A stretch of DNA of 61,631 nt, the filler included, from an uncultured Methanosarcinales archaeon (GTDB lineage Archaea > Nanobdellota > Nanobdellia > Woesearchaeales > CAZPJY01): assembly GCA_964587045.1 (NCBI GenBank). It is 5 parts of 5 records of this genome, joined end to end, with 100 filler letters (N's around TTAATTAATTAA, not from the genome) between each part and the next. Parts side by side here need not be neighbours in the genome. Positions count along the whole stretch, not along the records: positions 40,527 to 52,411 come from CAZPJY010000039.1; positions 52,512 to 61,631 come from CAZPJY010000042.1; 3 more parts are not named here. One strand, given 5' to 3'. The notes under the pieces were generated by a model. It saw only the letters and a program-made list of their open reading frames with translations, ran no database searches and was not told the DNA's origin. Below are positions 48,220-57,970 of this stretch, one piece after another. Positions within the stretch are counted from its first letter, which is position 1; each line of letters begins with the position of its first letter. Both the position numbers and the translations under genes were made by a program.

Positions 48220-48292
48220 GGCCCATTTCAAGTCGGAGCGATATTTAACCTTTTGCATAAGACTTTAATAGATTTGGAGAAGTCGATTGTGG

Positions 48293-49162
48293 ATGCATAT
48301 TGAAAAGAACCTTAAGCTCGCCATCGGCTTGACGTTCATATTCTTCCTAGTCGAGGTCGCCGGAAGCCTGGTCTCCGGGTCCCTCTCCTTGCTAAGCGAT
48401 GCCGGCCACATGTTCAGGGACGTGTTCGCGCTGCTGCTGACCCTGTCGGCGATAGTGATATCAAGGCAGCTTCCGACCGAGCAGAGGACATTTGGGACCC
48501 ACAGGGTGGAGATACTCGCTGCCCTGCTCAACGGTGTTATCCTACTGGGCATAAGCCTGCTGATAATGTGGGAGGCAGTCCACCTCCTGGCGCAGCCCAG
48601 GCCGGTCAGGAGCGGGGTCATGCTGGTGGTCGCCATCGTTGGGTTTGCCGTCAACCTCTTCATAGCTTTCAGGCTCCACGGCAGCCATGACATCAACGTG
48701 AAATCCGCTTTCCTGCACGTCTTGACAGACACGCTCTCATCTGTTGCGGTGATAGTGGCGGCGGTGATAATCTTCTTCACAGGATTCGTGCTCGTAGACC
48801 CGATACTCTCCTTGGTTATATCCTTTGTAATCCTGGTCTCGGCAGCATTGCTCATCCGCGACTCTGCAAGGATACTGCTGGAATTTACGCCGAAGGGGAC
48901 GGATCCCAAAAAGATAGCCAAGGATATAGAAGCGGTGGAAGGCGTTGAGGGCGTCCACAACATGCACATCTGGAGCCTGTGCTCGAACATCAACGCCCTT
49001 GACGCGCACATCCTGACCAAGCAGGACTCGATGGAAAAGGTGGAGCATATCAAGTCTGAGATCAAGAAGAAGCTGGAAAGGCATGGGATAAGCCATTCAA
49101 CGCTTGAGTTCGAGTGCAGGGAGTGTATGGTCAATGGAGCTTTGGCGAGGCTTGATCATTAG
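48293..49162 (+). CDS. cation diffusion facilitator (CzcD/ZitB-like)
   Basis: SLSLLSDAGHMFRD, TFG..RVE, NVKSAFLHVLTD, HNMHIW, HSTLE. Confidence 0.95.
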   Translation: MHIEKNLKLAIGLTFIFFLVEVAGSLVSGSLSLLSDAGHMFRDVFALLLTLSAIVISRQLPTEQRTFGTHRVEILAALLNGVILLGISLLIMWEAVHLLAQPRPVRSGVMLVVAIVGFAVNLFIAFRLHGSHDINVKSAFLHVLTDTLSSVAVIVAAVIIFFTGFVLVDPILSLVISFVILVSAALLIRDSARILLEFTPKGTDPKKIAKDIEAVEGVEGVHNMHIWSLCSNINALDAHILTKQDSMEKVEHIKSEIKKKLERHGISHSTLEFECRECMVNGALARLDH

Positions 49163-50194
49163 GGGTTTTTCCTTGTCGAACTTCTCCTTGCTCCTCTTAA
49201 ATAAGATCTCACCGTACTTCTTCAGCACGGTGTCGTCGTCGAGGTAGGGCAGCGACTGAGCGATGGCGTCGACTACCTTAATGTAGTTCGACGAGCGGTT
49301 GTAGGCCCAGATGGCGAACCAGTTGCCGTCCCTCTCCTCGATGGGCATGCCGTTGAACTCAGGGTTCCACTGGCAGGAGACGTAGATGGCCCTCTCCCTG
49401 TCCAGGGGATACATCGCTGTGTTGTATCTGTAGTGGTGGGCCGCCGAGTATAGGTTGTCCTTCAAGTCCCAGATGTCTGCGCCCTTGAAGTTCCAGTTCT
49501 TTCCGACGAAATGCTGCTCTGCAGTTGTCACAAGCCACTGGCCCGGCCCGAAACAACCCTGTTCTGAGCATGAGATGTCATTGATGCGATCGGCTTCGAT
49601 ACCCCACTTCTTGCTGAGCCTGAGCATGGCGGACAGCTGGTTTATTGCCCTTTCCTGCTTGCGCGGCACATCGATGTACATCGATGCGAAGGTGTTTACG
49701 AAGAGGTGCCTTCCGAGGTTTTTGCTGTCCCCGAGCTTGGTCTCGAAAACGAGGCCTGCGTAGGGGTACCTCTCATCGACACCTGAAAGCATCCTGGTAA
49801 CGACCAGGTCCTCGAAATACTTGTCATAGTTGCCCCTCGCGATCTTGATCAGGCCTTCAAGGTCTATAATCTCAGCGAAGTCCTCCCAAGCCACCTCGCC
49901 GCGGTCGGCCCTCTCTATCAGGTTGTCGTCCTCAAGCTCTCCTATCCTGGAATCGTATCCGAAGTTCTCGTTGGAGAACATGTCGATGACCCTCTTGGGA
50001 TCATGTCCCAGTCCGATGAGCTTACCCATCAGCTCGTTTATCAGGGCCTGCTGCTCCCTTGTAGGTTTCTGCGTGTGTTCCACAGCTGTCTGTATCGCTG
50101 GCGGGATGTATTGGATTAAAGCTGAGTCGTGGCTGAAGGAAGGTGATGCGGTCAGCAATATGCTTGTCAGGAGGAGCGTAAGGCTGCGTTTCAT
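49097..50194 (-). CDS. secreted lytic murein transglycosylase-like protein (MltB/SLT_2-like)
   Basis: Sec signal; GLVFETKLG (catalytic E), SEQGCFGPGQWLVTT, DIWDLKDNLYSAAHH, AYNRSSNYIKVV. Confidence 0.72.
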   Translation of the reverse strand: MKRSLTLLLTSILLTASPSFSHDSALIQYIPPAIQTAVEHTQKPTREQQALINELMGKLIGLGHDPKRVIDMFSNENFGYDSRIGELEDDNLIERADRGEVAWEDFAEIIDLEGLIKIARGNYDKYFEDLVVTRMLSGVDERYPYAGLVFETKLGDSKNLGRHLFVNTFASMYIDVPRKQERAINQLSAMLRLSKKWGIEADRINDISCSEQGCFGPGQWLVTTAEQHFVGKNWNFKGADIWDLKDNLYSAAHHYRYNTAMYPLDRERAIYVSCQWNPEFNGMPIEERDGNWFAIWAYNRSSNYIKVVDAIAQSLPYLDDDTVLKKYGEILFKRSKEKFDKEKPLMIKPRQSSIDHTLPALELKR

Positions 50195-50257
50195 GATGAT
50201 AGTTGTTCTTCCTTTACTTAAAAAGTTTTTTATACATCACCCTCACCATGATAGGAT

Positions 50258-50914
50258 ATGTGCGGACGCTTCGCTCTCACCATACACGAACCGGACCTCA
50301 TGGAGAGGTTCAACGTGGTTTCCAACGAGAAGGTCAAGCCCAGGTACAACATCGCCCCCACCCAGGATGCTGCAGTGATCCTGAGCCAGTCCCCGGGCGA
50401 GATCAGCATGCTGAAGTGGGGGCTGGTACCCCACTGGGCGAGTGATGCGAGGGTCGGGCAGAAGATGATTAACGCCAGGGCAGAGACAGTCGATGAAAAG
50501 CCTGCCTTCAAACAGCCCTTCGAAAGGAAGAGGTGCCTCGTGCTCGCAGACTCGTTCTACGAGTGGAAGAAGGTGGGGACCAGGAAGGCGCCCTACAGGG
50601 TTATGATGAAAAGCGCGGAGGCCTTCGCCTTCGCGGGCATCTGGGATGAGTGGCACGGCGGGCTCAGAACGTTTTCCATAATCACCGTCGAGCCAAACGA
50701 CCTGGTAATCCCAATACACAACAGGATGCCGGCCATCCTTCCGAGGGCTTCCGAGAGGGATTACCTGTCCGCGAACGTTGATGATGCCAAGGCGATGCTC
50801 AGGCCGTTCCCTTCAGAGCTGATGAAGGCGTACGCACTGACCTCAGCCATCAACTCGCCTGAGAACGACTCGCCTGAAGTGATAAGGCCTGCCACCACGC
50901 TCAGCTCTTTTTGA
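50258..50914 (+). CDS. SRAP (YedK/HMCES-like) abasic-site crosslinking protein
   Basis: MCGRF, YNIAPTQ, WGLVPHW, INARAET, FYEW, IHNRMP. Confidence 0.96.
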   Translation: MCGRFALTIHEPDLMERFNVVSNEKVKPRYNIAPTQDAAVILSQSPGEISMLKWGLVPHWASDARVGQKMINARAETVDEKPAFKQPFERKRCLVLADSFYEWKKVGTRKAPYRVMMKSAEAFAFAGIWDEWHGGLRTFSIITVEPNDLVIPIHNRMPAILPRASERDYLSANVDDAKAMLRPFPSELMKAYALTSAINSPENDSPEVIRPATTLSSF

Positions 50915-50954
50915 CCGAAAGGGTTAAATAACTGTTTCCGGGACCCGCTTTTAA

Positions 50955-51746
50955 ATGTTTCACGATGTAATAAGCGGCAGGCCAGAGGAGGGCGGGTGGC
51001 TTCGAGTATCGATTGTGGATGAGCCGAGATGCGTTGTGGCCGTCCCGCACGGCGGAGGATTCATCCCGAAAGCTGCCATGGATGTGCTTGACGTAAAGAA
51101 CCCTTGTCTGGTTGATGACGTGGATCATCATGCATTGGAAATCTATGACGTTCGGGAGAGCGCGGATATGGTCACCACCAGAATCCACCGCCACGTCGTT
51201 GACTGCAACCGCGATAGGGGTGAGGCGGCCTTCCGGAACAACTCTTTCAGCGGAGAGTCGCTTCATGTCACCCCTCCATCAGCGCAGCTTGAGGAGGTGA
51301 TGCTCTCAAGCTATTATGACCCGTTCGTCAATGCGGTCGAAACCGCCCTGAAAGAGATTAGGGATGAGACCGGGGCCGCATTTCTGCTGAATGCCCACAC
51401 CATGGGCATGACGCCTCCGGCCGCGCTTGATGAGAAATGCGAAAGGCCTGCCTTTTGCATAGGCACCAACGGCTGCACTTCTGCTGACCCGGGCTTCATC
51501 TGGCGTTTCCATGATTCGCTACACGAACATGCGTATGATTTTAGGAGGGTCTTTGAAAACTTCATCAGGCTCGACGACCCTTACAGGGGAAGGGGACTGA
51601 CCCGGATGTTTAGCCAAAAGGGCTACAACTCTCTACTACTTGAAGTGAATGAGGGCCTGTACATCGATCCCGACAGTTCAGCCCAGGAAGAGAAGATAGC
51701 CCTCATTAGGGATGCGATTGGAAACGTGATAGAGGACCTTTTCTAG
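50955..51746 (+). CDS. N-formylglutamate amidohydrolase family protein
   Basis: VPHGG, DVDHH, RHVVDCNR, YYDPF, NAHTM, PYRG, LLEVN. Confidence 0.82.
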   Translation: MFHDVISGRPEEGGWLRVSIVDEPRCVVAVPHGGGFIPKAAMDVLDVKNPCLVDDVDHHALEIYDVRESADMVTTRIHRHVVDCNRDRGEAAFRNNSFSGESLHVTPPSAQLEEVMLSSYYDPFVNAVETALKEIRDETGAAFLLNAHTMGMTPPAALDEKCERPAFCIGTNGCTSADPGFIWRFHDSLHEHAYDFRRVFENFIRLDDPYRGRGLTRMFSQKGYNSLLLEVNEGLYIDPDSSAQEEKIALIRDAIGNVIEDLF

Positions 51747-52411
51747 AGAAGCGTGGAAATCAGCCGCCTGTAGTTCTCGAGTCCCGACAGGGAGCCGGTC
51801 TCGATGTTGGAGTGATAATTTAGGACTGGCAGCTGGACGGTGGCACCGTTGTAGGCTCCGCCGGTCTCCTTGTGCAGCTTGCCAAGCTCTGTGAGGCCGT
51901 ACTTTCCTGATTCCATCTTTTCCTTGCTTGAGGTCTCAGCCGGAGGCCCACTGGCTCCCTGCTTGAGAAGCGCCAGGTACTCCTCGTCGGAGATGTCAGG
52001 CTTGCTCTCCCATTTCGTTTTTACGTACTCATCCTTAATCTCATACGGTATGCTGAGGCTTTCGCATGCTGCGCGCAGCTTGCCGACGATGCTTGGGTTG
52101 AAGGTGGCATACTTGTCCCTGTTTCGCAGGATGATGATGCCTTGGTCTACTGCGTCCCGCCTCTCGTCTGGATAGGGAGAGACGTCGATGCATATGAGCT
52201 CGTCTGTGCTTGGGAGGTAGTCTGCGATGTGCTTCCAGCTCCGCCCAATCTCCTCTTCTGTTGGGAAGATTATTGTGCCCTCAAAACCATCCCTCACCAA
52301 GTCATGGAGGACGGCTACGCTCAGTACGTTGTCGAGCTGGGAGCTCAGGAGCCCGTCCTTGATTTCCAGCTTCGGCTTGTAGGCCAGGGGGGTGTTCGGC
52401 GGAATTTCGGG
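51743..52411 (-). CDS. M42/M20-type metallopeptidase (5' truncated)
   Basis: frame open to the spacer: SSQLDN, TEEEIGRSW, CIDVS, TELG, NYHS. Confidence 0.75.
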   Translation of the reverse strand, partial: PEIPPNTPLAYKPKLEIKDGLLSSQLDNVLSVAVLHDLVRDGFEGTIIFPTEEEIGRSWKHIADYLPSTDELICIDVSPYPDERRDAVDQGIIILRNRDKYATFNPSIVGKLRAACESLSIPYEIKDEYVKTKWESKPDISDEEYLALLKQGASGPPAETSSKEKMESGKYGLTELGKLHKETGGAYNGATVQLPVLNYHSNIETGSLSGLENYRRLISTLL

Positions 52412-52511
52412 NNNNNNNNNNNNNNNNNNNNNNNNNNNNNNNNNNNNNNNNNNNNTTAATTAATTAANNNNNNNNNNNNNNNNNNNNNNNNNNNNNNNNN
52501 NNNNNNNNNNN
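52412..52511. other. artificial contig-joining spacer
   Basis: N run with TTAATTAATTAA. Confidence 0.95.
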
Positions 52512-53324
52512 AAACAAGCCTTGTATCAGGGCAAGCATTATGAACACACCCTTCATCGAGAGCATCCACGCCTTGGCAGAATCTATGAAGGCGGCTGGCG
52601 AAGAGAAGTCAAAAGAGACCTCCTGCTCCACACCCAGGCCTGACTGGGCCTGCTCTTCGGCCAGCAGCAGGGGGTCTGTGGTCTCGCCGAAGCTGGTCGT
52701 CCCCTGGTTCATCTGGCCCATGTAGGGCACGAGCATGTTGTTGATAACGATCATGACGCCCAAGAAAACGAAGAATATGACGTAGCTCTGCATCACCTGA
52801 GCGTGCACTGATGCTGCCCGCTCCTGCTTGATCTTCTTGATAGTCATCAGGGAGTCCGTCATGCGCTGCAGGACATCCTCGAGGTTTCCGCCAGACTGCT
52901 CTGCTTCAATTACCGTGTCCACGGCCCGGTTGATGACGTCAGACCCCGTATCCTCGGCAAAGTTCTTGAGCGCCTTGTGGACCGGTATGGCCCACTCGAC
53001 TTGGTGGGAGAGCTTCTTTACATGCGGGGTCAAGGATCCGAAGTCTCCGTCGGATGTGATAATGATTGCCCTAGAGACCGGCATTCCGCTCTTGACCGCA
53101 CCCACCAGGTTGCGCACGAAATCGAGGAAACGCGTCTCGTACTCCTTCCTTTGGCGCACATCCATGAAGTAGTCGGCCCAGAACTTGGCCCATCCGATAG
53201 TGACCCCTAGGATTATGGATGGCACTAGGAAGTTGGTGCCGCGGAGGAAGTATACAGCCAGGACTATAATTGCCGCGCCGATTGCCGCATTGATTGTGTA
53301 TACCTTCTTCCAAACTATCTTCAT
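52512..53324 (-). CDS. type IV pilus platform protein (TadC/ArlJ-like, T2SSF), 3' truncated
   Basis: FLDFVRNL...SGMP...DFGSLT, AEQSGGNL..VL, ERA. Confidence 0.88.
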
Positions 53325-53325
53325 C

Positions 53326-55314
53326 TTATACCTCCGGCTGGCTCAGCTCGAGGAACACCATGAATGCAATGTTCAGGAGCGGGATGACTACATACGTCCC
53401 CAGCCCTATCAGCGCCTCGACGGACATGCCGCCTATCGCGCCTCCCAGCATGCTGACCAGGGACAGGCTGGACACGAAGAACAGTGGCGCTGCGATCAGG
53501 ACTCCTGTGTAGATGTCCGAGTAGGTCGAAAGCGACTCCACATACTTCTGCCGCTCGAGCTTGTAGGTCAGCGTGGCCTCTTCGGCCTTCTGCTCCAGGT
53601 AGTTGTTCAGGTCGCCGCCGGACTCGACGGTCGCCACGATTCCCTCGAAGAACTCCCTGAGCACCTGGGAGGGCAGGTGTTCTGACACAGCCTTGATGGC
53701 AGTGAGGAAGTCGTAGCCGAAGACCTCAGTGTAGTCGACGACCTTGCCTATCTCAACCGATATCTCCCCATACTCCTTGGACTGGCCAAGCAGCGCGAAC
53801 ATCTTCGCGGGCGGCACGCCTGACGACGCCACGGCCGACATGTGGTTTATTGCAAAGGGGAGGTTTGTGTTTATGCTTCTCCTCCTGGTCTTAATCTTGC
53901 CCGCCGGGTATCTCGAGAACCCGATGAAGGTTATGCCGCCTCCGAGGATCATCGCAGCAAGTGCGCGGCCGAGGACGAAAGGAGGCGGCAGTCCCTGGAT
54001 CAGGTAGAACGGCACGACCAACACGCCGGTGGTTATGCTGACGATAATAGTCATCAGGAACATGATGTTTATGTAGGTGTTCGACAGGATCTTGAGGTTA
54101 GACAGCCTGATGTCGTTGTAAAGGTTCCTGAAGAAGTCCGGGAAGTTGTTGATGAAGTACAGCGCAAGCCTCCTCACAGTCATGTTGGCTATGTAGCCGA
54201 TGGATGAGGGCTTGTACGCCTTGATCTTCTTCTTCTCGAACAGTCTCCTGATGCCTGCGGCGTGCCTCAGCATCGTCGTGTCGACCTCAAGCTCGCCCTC
54301 GGTGAGGATCTGCTTGCGTGCCTTCACAATCTTGAGTATGGACGGCGAGACTTGGGTCTCGTCCGCTAGGAAGCTCTCCTGCTTCTTGAACTTCTTGAAT
54401 ATGCCTGCGAACCACTCAGTGATGCTGTGCGTGCCCACTTTCTCGCCCTGCAGCTCCTCAGGCATCTCGGTGGTGGCCTCCTCGATCTTTTCGAACAGGG
54501 TCTTTTGCCTGAAGACGTGGGCCAGGAAGTTCAGGGCCTTCTGCCAGAGGGTCAGCTCCCTTACAAGCTTGGGTCTCGGAAGCTTCAGCTCCTTCCTGAC
54601 CGGCACCGGGACATCAAGCTCTCCCACCTCAGTGGTGGGGAGCGGTATGGCCATGGTCTGAGCAGCCTCGGTCACCTCGGTCTCTGGGACCGGCGTGCCT
54701 TCGATAGTCGATGGCTTGGGAACCTCGACGCTCTCGCCGAGCAAATGCTCAGGAACCGGGACCGGCACATCTTCCAGGTGGCCAGGCCTGGGGATTGCAA
54801 GCTTCCTCTCTGCCAGCGGCTTGGGAGACTCAGGAATGCTTTCCATCTGCTTCCGGTGGAGAGCATGCTGGAACCATTCGTTGAGATCGTGCGCCTTGCC
54901 TACAATCCAATCAACCAGCCTCGCAAACCAACCTTTCTGCTCAACGTGCGCAGGCTCCGGGACGGGAGTCTCAGCCTGCTTCATCTTGGGCGTCTCGAGC
55001 GAGACCAGCTGGAGCTGCATGTAGCCCCTGTCCTTGCTTATCATGGAGAAGAGGACGTCGTTGAGCTTTGATATCTGCTCGGCCTTGGTCTTGATTATCA
55101 TGTCGAAGCGCTGCAGCATATCGCTCTCGGAAGCGCCCTGCATCAGCTGCTCCTGCAGCTGGCTGTAACGGGCGTAATCCATCCCTCCTGCCAGGTAGTC
55201 CTGGTTCAGGCTCCTGACTGTGCGGGAGAAGCGCTCCCTCTTGGATTGTATCTCCTTTATCTCCGCTGCCTGTCTCTTAATCTGCCTGGTGAGCAGTCGT
55301 ATCTGCGTGTCCAT
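53326..55314 (-). CDS. type IV pilus platform protein (TadB/ArlJ-like) with long N-terminal extension
   Basis: C-terminal T2SSF: NLPFAINHM...SGVPP...EYGEIS...FGYD...SGGDL..YL. Confidence 0.88.
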   Translation of the reverse strand: MDTQIRLLTRQIKRQAAEIKEIQSKRERFSRTVRSLNQDYLAGGMDYARYSQLQEQLMQGASESDMLQRFDMIIKTKAEQISKLNDVLFSMISKDRGYMQLQLVSLETPKMKQAETPVPEPAHVEQKGWFARLVDWIVGKAHDLNEWFQHALHRKQMESIPESPKPLAERKLAIPRPGHLEDVPVPVPEHLLGESVEVPKPSTIEGTPVPETEVTEAAQTMAIPLPTTEVGELDVPVPVRKELKLPRPKLVRELTLWQKALNFLAHVFRQKTLFEKIEEATTEMPEELQGEKVGTHSITEWFAGIFKKFKKQESFLADETQVSPSILKIVKARKQILTEGELEVDTTMLRHAAGIRRLFEKKKIKAYKPSSIGYIANMTVRRLALYFINNFPDFFRNLYNDIRLSNLKILSNTYINIMFLMTIIVSITTGVLVVPFYLIQGLPPPFVLGRALAAMILGGGITFIGFSRYPAGKIKTRRRSINTNLPFAINHMSAVASSGVPPAKMFALLGQSKEYGEISVEIGKVVDYTEVFGYDFLTAIKAVSEHLPSQVLREFFEGIVATVESGGDLNNYLEQKAEEATLTYKLERQKYVESLSTYSDIYTGVLIAAPLFFVSSLSLVSMLGGAIGGMSVEALIGLGTYVVIPLLNIAFMVFLELSQPEV

Positions 55315-55503
55315 TTAGTCTCCTTCAAGCGCTTTCTTGACGTAAAACGTGATCTTTAGCATCTGCTGCTGTGCGAACCTCATCTTCGCAGCAGTGTTCA
55401 TGAGCTCGGCCTCAGTCTTCAGGGGCGAGATGGCCAGCTCGTCGTATATGTCGAGAGCTGCCTCCATCTGCTCTGCCGCCATGATGATCGCGTCAGGGTT
55501 CAT
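55315..55503 (-). CDS. small hypothetical protein (62 aa)
   Basis: ATGA overlap with the ATPase, RBS ggagg, abuts the platform gene. Confidence 0.65.
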   Translation of the reverse strand: MNPDAIIMAAEQMEAALDIYDELAISPLKTEAELMNTAAKMRFAQQQMLKITFYVKKALEGD

Positions 55504-57260
55504 TTCCTGCCTCCTGCTTTCTTGCCGGGCTTCTTTGCTGCCTTCTGCTTGGCCCTCTCAGTCTTCTCCTTATCCGCCATCATTGTCGCCTGGTCCTTCT
55601 CGACCCTCTCCTGATCCATGACGAAGCCCTTCCACAGGTTGTTTTTCTCAATATCGTCCATTATCGCATGCACGTTGATGCCGAACTTCTCGAGCACCTG
55701 GTCCGGGTCCTGGTAGTACGCCTTCACGACGGTCCCGAAGTCGGCGAAGTTCGTGATGTTCCTCTCCGCGAGCTTTTTCAGCAGCTCGACCCTTATCTTG
55801 AACTCGGTGAAAATCTTCTTCGGCGAGATGCCAGTCCTCTTGATCACCCTCTTGAAAATGCTCGAGTGGGCGTTGAAGGTCTGGATATCCTGGATTGGGT
55901 CCCAGTCGAAAATCGGATTCACCTCTGTCTTGCCCAGTTCCTGATGGACCTGCAGGATCTCATCAACCTCCTGTATGCGCCTGATGTTCCGGTCCCTCAG
56001 CTTGGCGTGCACAGCTATGCATACGATGTCTAGCGACGCTACGAGGGATGCTGACAGGTTGATCGGAGGGGTCTCTAGCCTCCTGACCAGCGTCTCGACG
56101 CTGCCCGCGTGGAAGGTGCCAAACGAGGGATGGCCTGAAGCCATGCCCTGGAAAAGCACCGACGCTTCCGCGCCCCTGACCTCTCCCACGATCACGTAGT
56201 CCGGGTTCTGCCTGAAGGACTCCCTCAGCAGGTCGAACAGCGTGACGCCGCCGTACTGGGTGCCAAGGATGTTGGGTATGCCGAAACCCATCCTGGAAAC
56301 AGACGGAAGCCAGTTGTCGTGCATCAGGTTCAGCTCCCTCGTGTCCTCGATGGAGCAGATGCGCGCGTCGAACGGGATGAAGTCCACTATGGCGTTTAGG
56401 AAGGTGGTCTTTCCTGAGGCGGTCTCGCCGATCACCATGACGTTGAACTTGTGCTCGATAGCGAGCCACATGAAGGCGAAGATCTCCGCGTTCGCGGTGC
56501 CGATCTTGATAAGGTGCGTAGGCGTCCAAGGCTCCTTGGTGAACTTGCGCACGGTGAAGGTGGGGCCGCGGGTCGTGACGTCATCAGAGTAGGTTGCGTT
56601 CACACGAGAGCCGTCTGGAAGGGAGCCATCAAGGAGGGGCTTTGCGTAAGAGACATATCGCCCGGCGCGCTGGGCGAGCTTCTCAACAAAGTCGGTCCCC
56701 TCCTTGAGGTCCTTAAGCATGATGTTGGTGCGCATGTTCTCGTACTTGCGGTGAACGATGTAGATGGGGAAGCCGACGCCGTTGCACTCTATATCCTCTA
56801 TGTAGTAATCGTTAAGCAGCGGCTCGACCTGGTTCAGGCCGACCGAGTCCCGGTAGATGTAGTACATGAGGTTGAAGTAGGTCCTGCGGGAGACCTTGGT
56901 CCCAAGCTCGATGAGGATGGACTGGACGTTCTTTTCCAGGTACTCGATCAGCTTCCCAGTGCCCTGGTTCTTGACGAAGCTGATGTTGATCATCTCCTCG
57001 AGGCCGAGCTGTATGAGCTTCAGCACCTCCTTTTCCACCTCGGTAAGCACAGGCTCCTCCACAAAGTAGGCCAGCTCGTTCTCCTTTTCGTCCCAGAATA
57101 TGTGCGCGAAAGCATACGGCGGTATGAGGGGGTAGCGGACGTTGATCTTCTTGTGTTCCTTGATGTCTGGCAGTGTTATGAGCCTGGGCCTCGTGTCGAT
57201 CTCGAACTTGGCCTGGCTCTCCTGTTCCGGTTTCGCTGTCTGGAATAGCCTGAATGCCAT
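55500..57260 (-). CDS. type IV pilus assembly ATPase (ArlI/TadA/VirB11 family)
   Basis: IEDIECNG, LPDGSRV, GETASGKTT, IEDTREL, RQNPDYVIVGEVRG, SGH..TFHA. Confidence 0.95.
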   Translation of the reverse strand: MAFRLFQTAKPEQESQAKFEIDTRPRLITLPDIKEHKKINVRYPLIPPYAFAHIFWDEKENELAYFVEEPVLTEVEKEVLKLIQLGLEEMINISFVKNQGTGKLIEYLEKNVQSILIELGTKVSRRTYFNLMYYIYRDSVGLNQVEPLLNDYYIEDIECNGVGFPIYIVHRKYENMRTNIMLKDLKEGTDFVEKLAQRAGRYVSYAKPLLDGSLPDGSRVNATYSDDVTTRGPTFTVRKFTKEPWTPTHLIKIGTANAEIFAFMWLAIEHKFNVMVIGETASGKTTFLNAIVDFIPFDARICSIEDTRELNLMHDNWLPSVSRMGFGIPNILGTQYGGVTLFDLLRESFRQNPDYVIVGEVRGAEASVLFQGMASGHPSFGTFHAGSVETLVRRLETPPINLSASLVASLDIVCIAVHAKLRDRNIRRIQEVDEILQVHQELGKTEVNPIFDWDPIQDIQTFNAHSSIFKRVIKRTGISPKKIFTEFKIRVELLKKLAERNITNFADFGTVVKAYYQDPDQVLEKFGINVHAIMDDIEKNNLWKGFVMDQERVEKDQATMMADKEKTERAKQKAAKKPGKKAGGRK

Positions 57261-57262
57261 CT

Positions 57263-57964
57263 TTAGTTCGCTCTGAAGTTCGTCACTTTCGTTGTTATGA
57301 AGTCGCCGTAGCTTTCCAGGGTGAACACCAGGTCGTACTGTCCGACGCTCGAGTTCACATGTGTGGTGTAGACCGCCCTGCCCAGGTTGGTTCCAAGGGC
57401 GTCGACGCTCGTGTAGCCGGTGCCAACAGTGGAGGCCGGGTCGTCGTTTACCACGAAGCTGAAGTTCCCCTCGAGCCTGTTACCTCCTATCTCTATCCAG
57501 TTGATCAGCTGGCTCGTGTTCAGCGCGCTCCATGAATCCTCGCAGCACACCCGCGTAAGGTTGATGACGATGCGGGAGTTGGACAGCAGGTAGTAGTCGC
57601 CGTACCTCTGCGATGAGATGTCTGCGTTGGAGCTTATCTGGAGGTTGCCGTAGCTAAGTGAGGTCCGGGGCTCGATCAGTTTTGTGTCGGTCTCGAACTC
57701 CCATCTGAGCTTGTTGTCGACCACCTTGAGCTCGCCTGCACGGATCTCGATGGGGATCACGCGCTGGCTGCCGATGCCCTCGCTAGCCAGGTCCTCTATG
57801 TGCTGGTCCAGCGCTAGCATCATCTCCCTCTGCCTTGAGAAGCTGGTGCGGTCCTTCATCCTGTCTATTATCGGGACCCCCGCCCGCAGGATGAGCACTA
57901 CCGCAAGCGAGGCTATTAATATGTAGAGAATTGCAGATATCCAAACCTGTGCGCGCCTATTCAA
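57263..57964 (-). CDS. pilin-like protein, class III signal peptide
   Basis: NRRA|QVWISAILYILIASLAV. Confidence 0.75.
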   Translation of the reverse strand: MNRRAQVWISAILYILIASLAVVLILRAGVPIIDRMKDRTSFSRQREMMLALDQHIEDLASEGIGSQRVIPIEIRAGELKVVDNKLRWEFETDTKLIEPRTSLSYGNLQISSNADISSQRYGDYYLLSNSRIVINLTRVCCEDSWSALNTSQLINWIEIGGNRLEGNFSFVVNDDPASTVGTGYTSVDALGTNLGRAVYTTHVNSSVGQYDLVFTLESYGDFITTKVTNFRAN

Positions 57965-57970
57965 CTTGAA

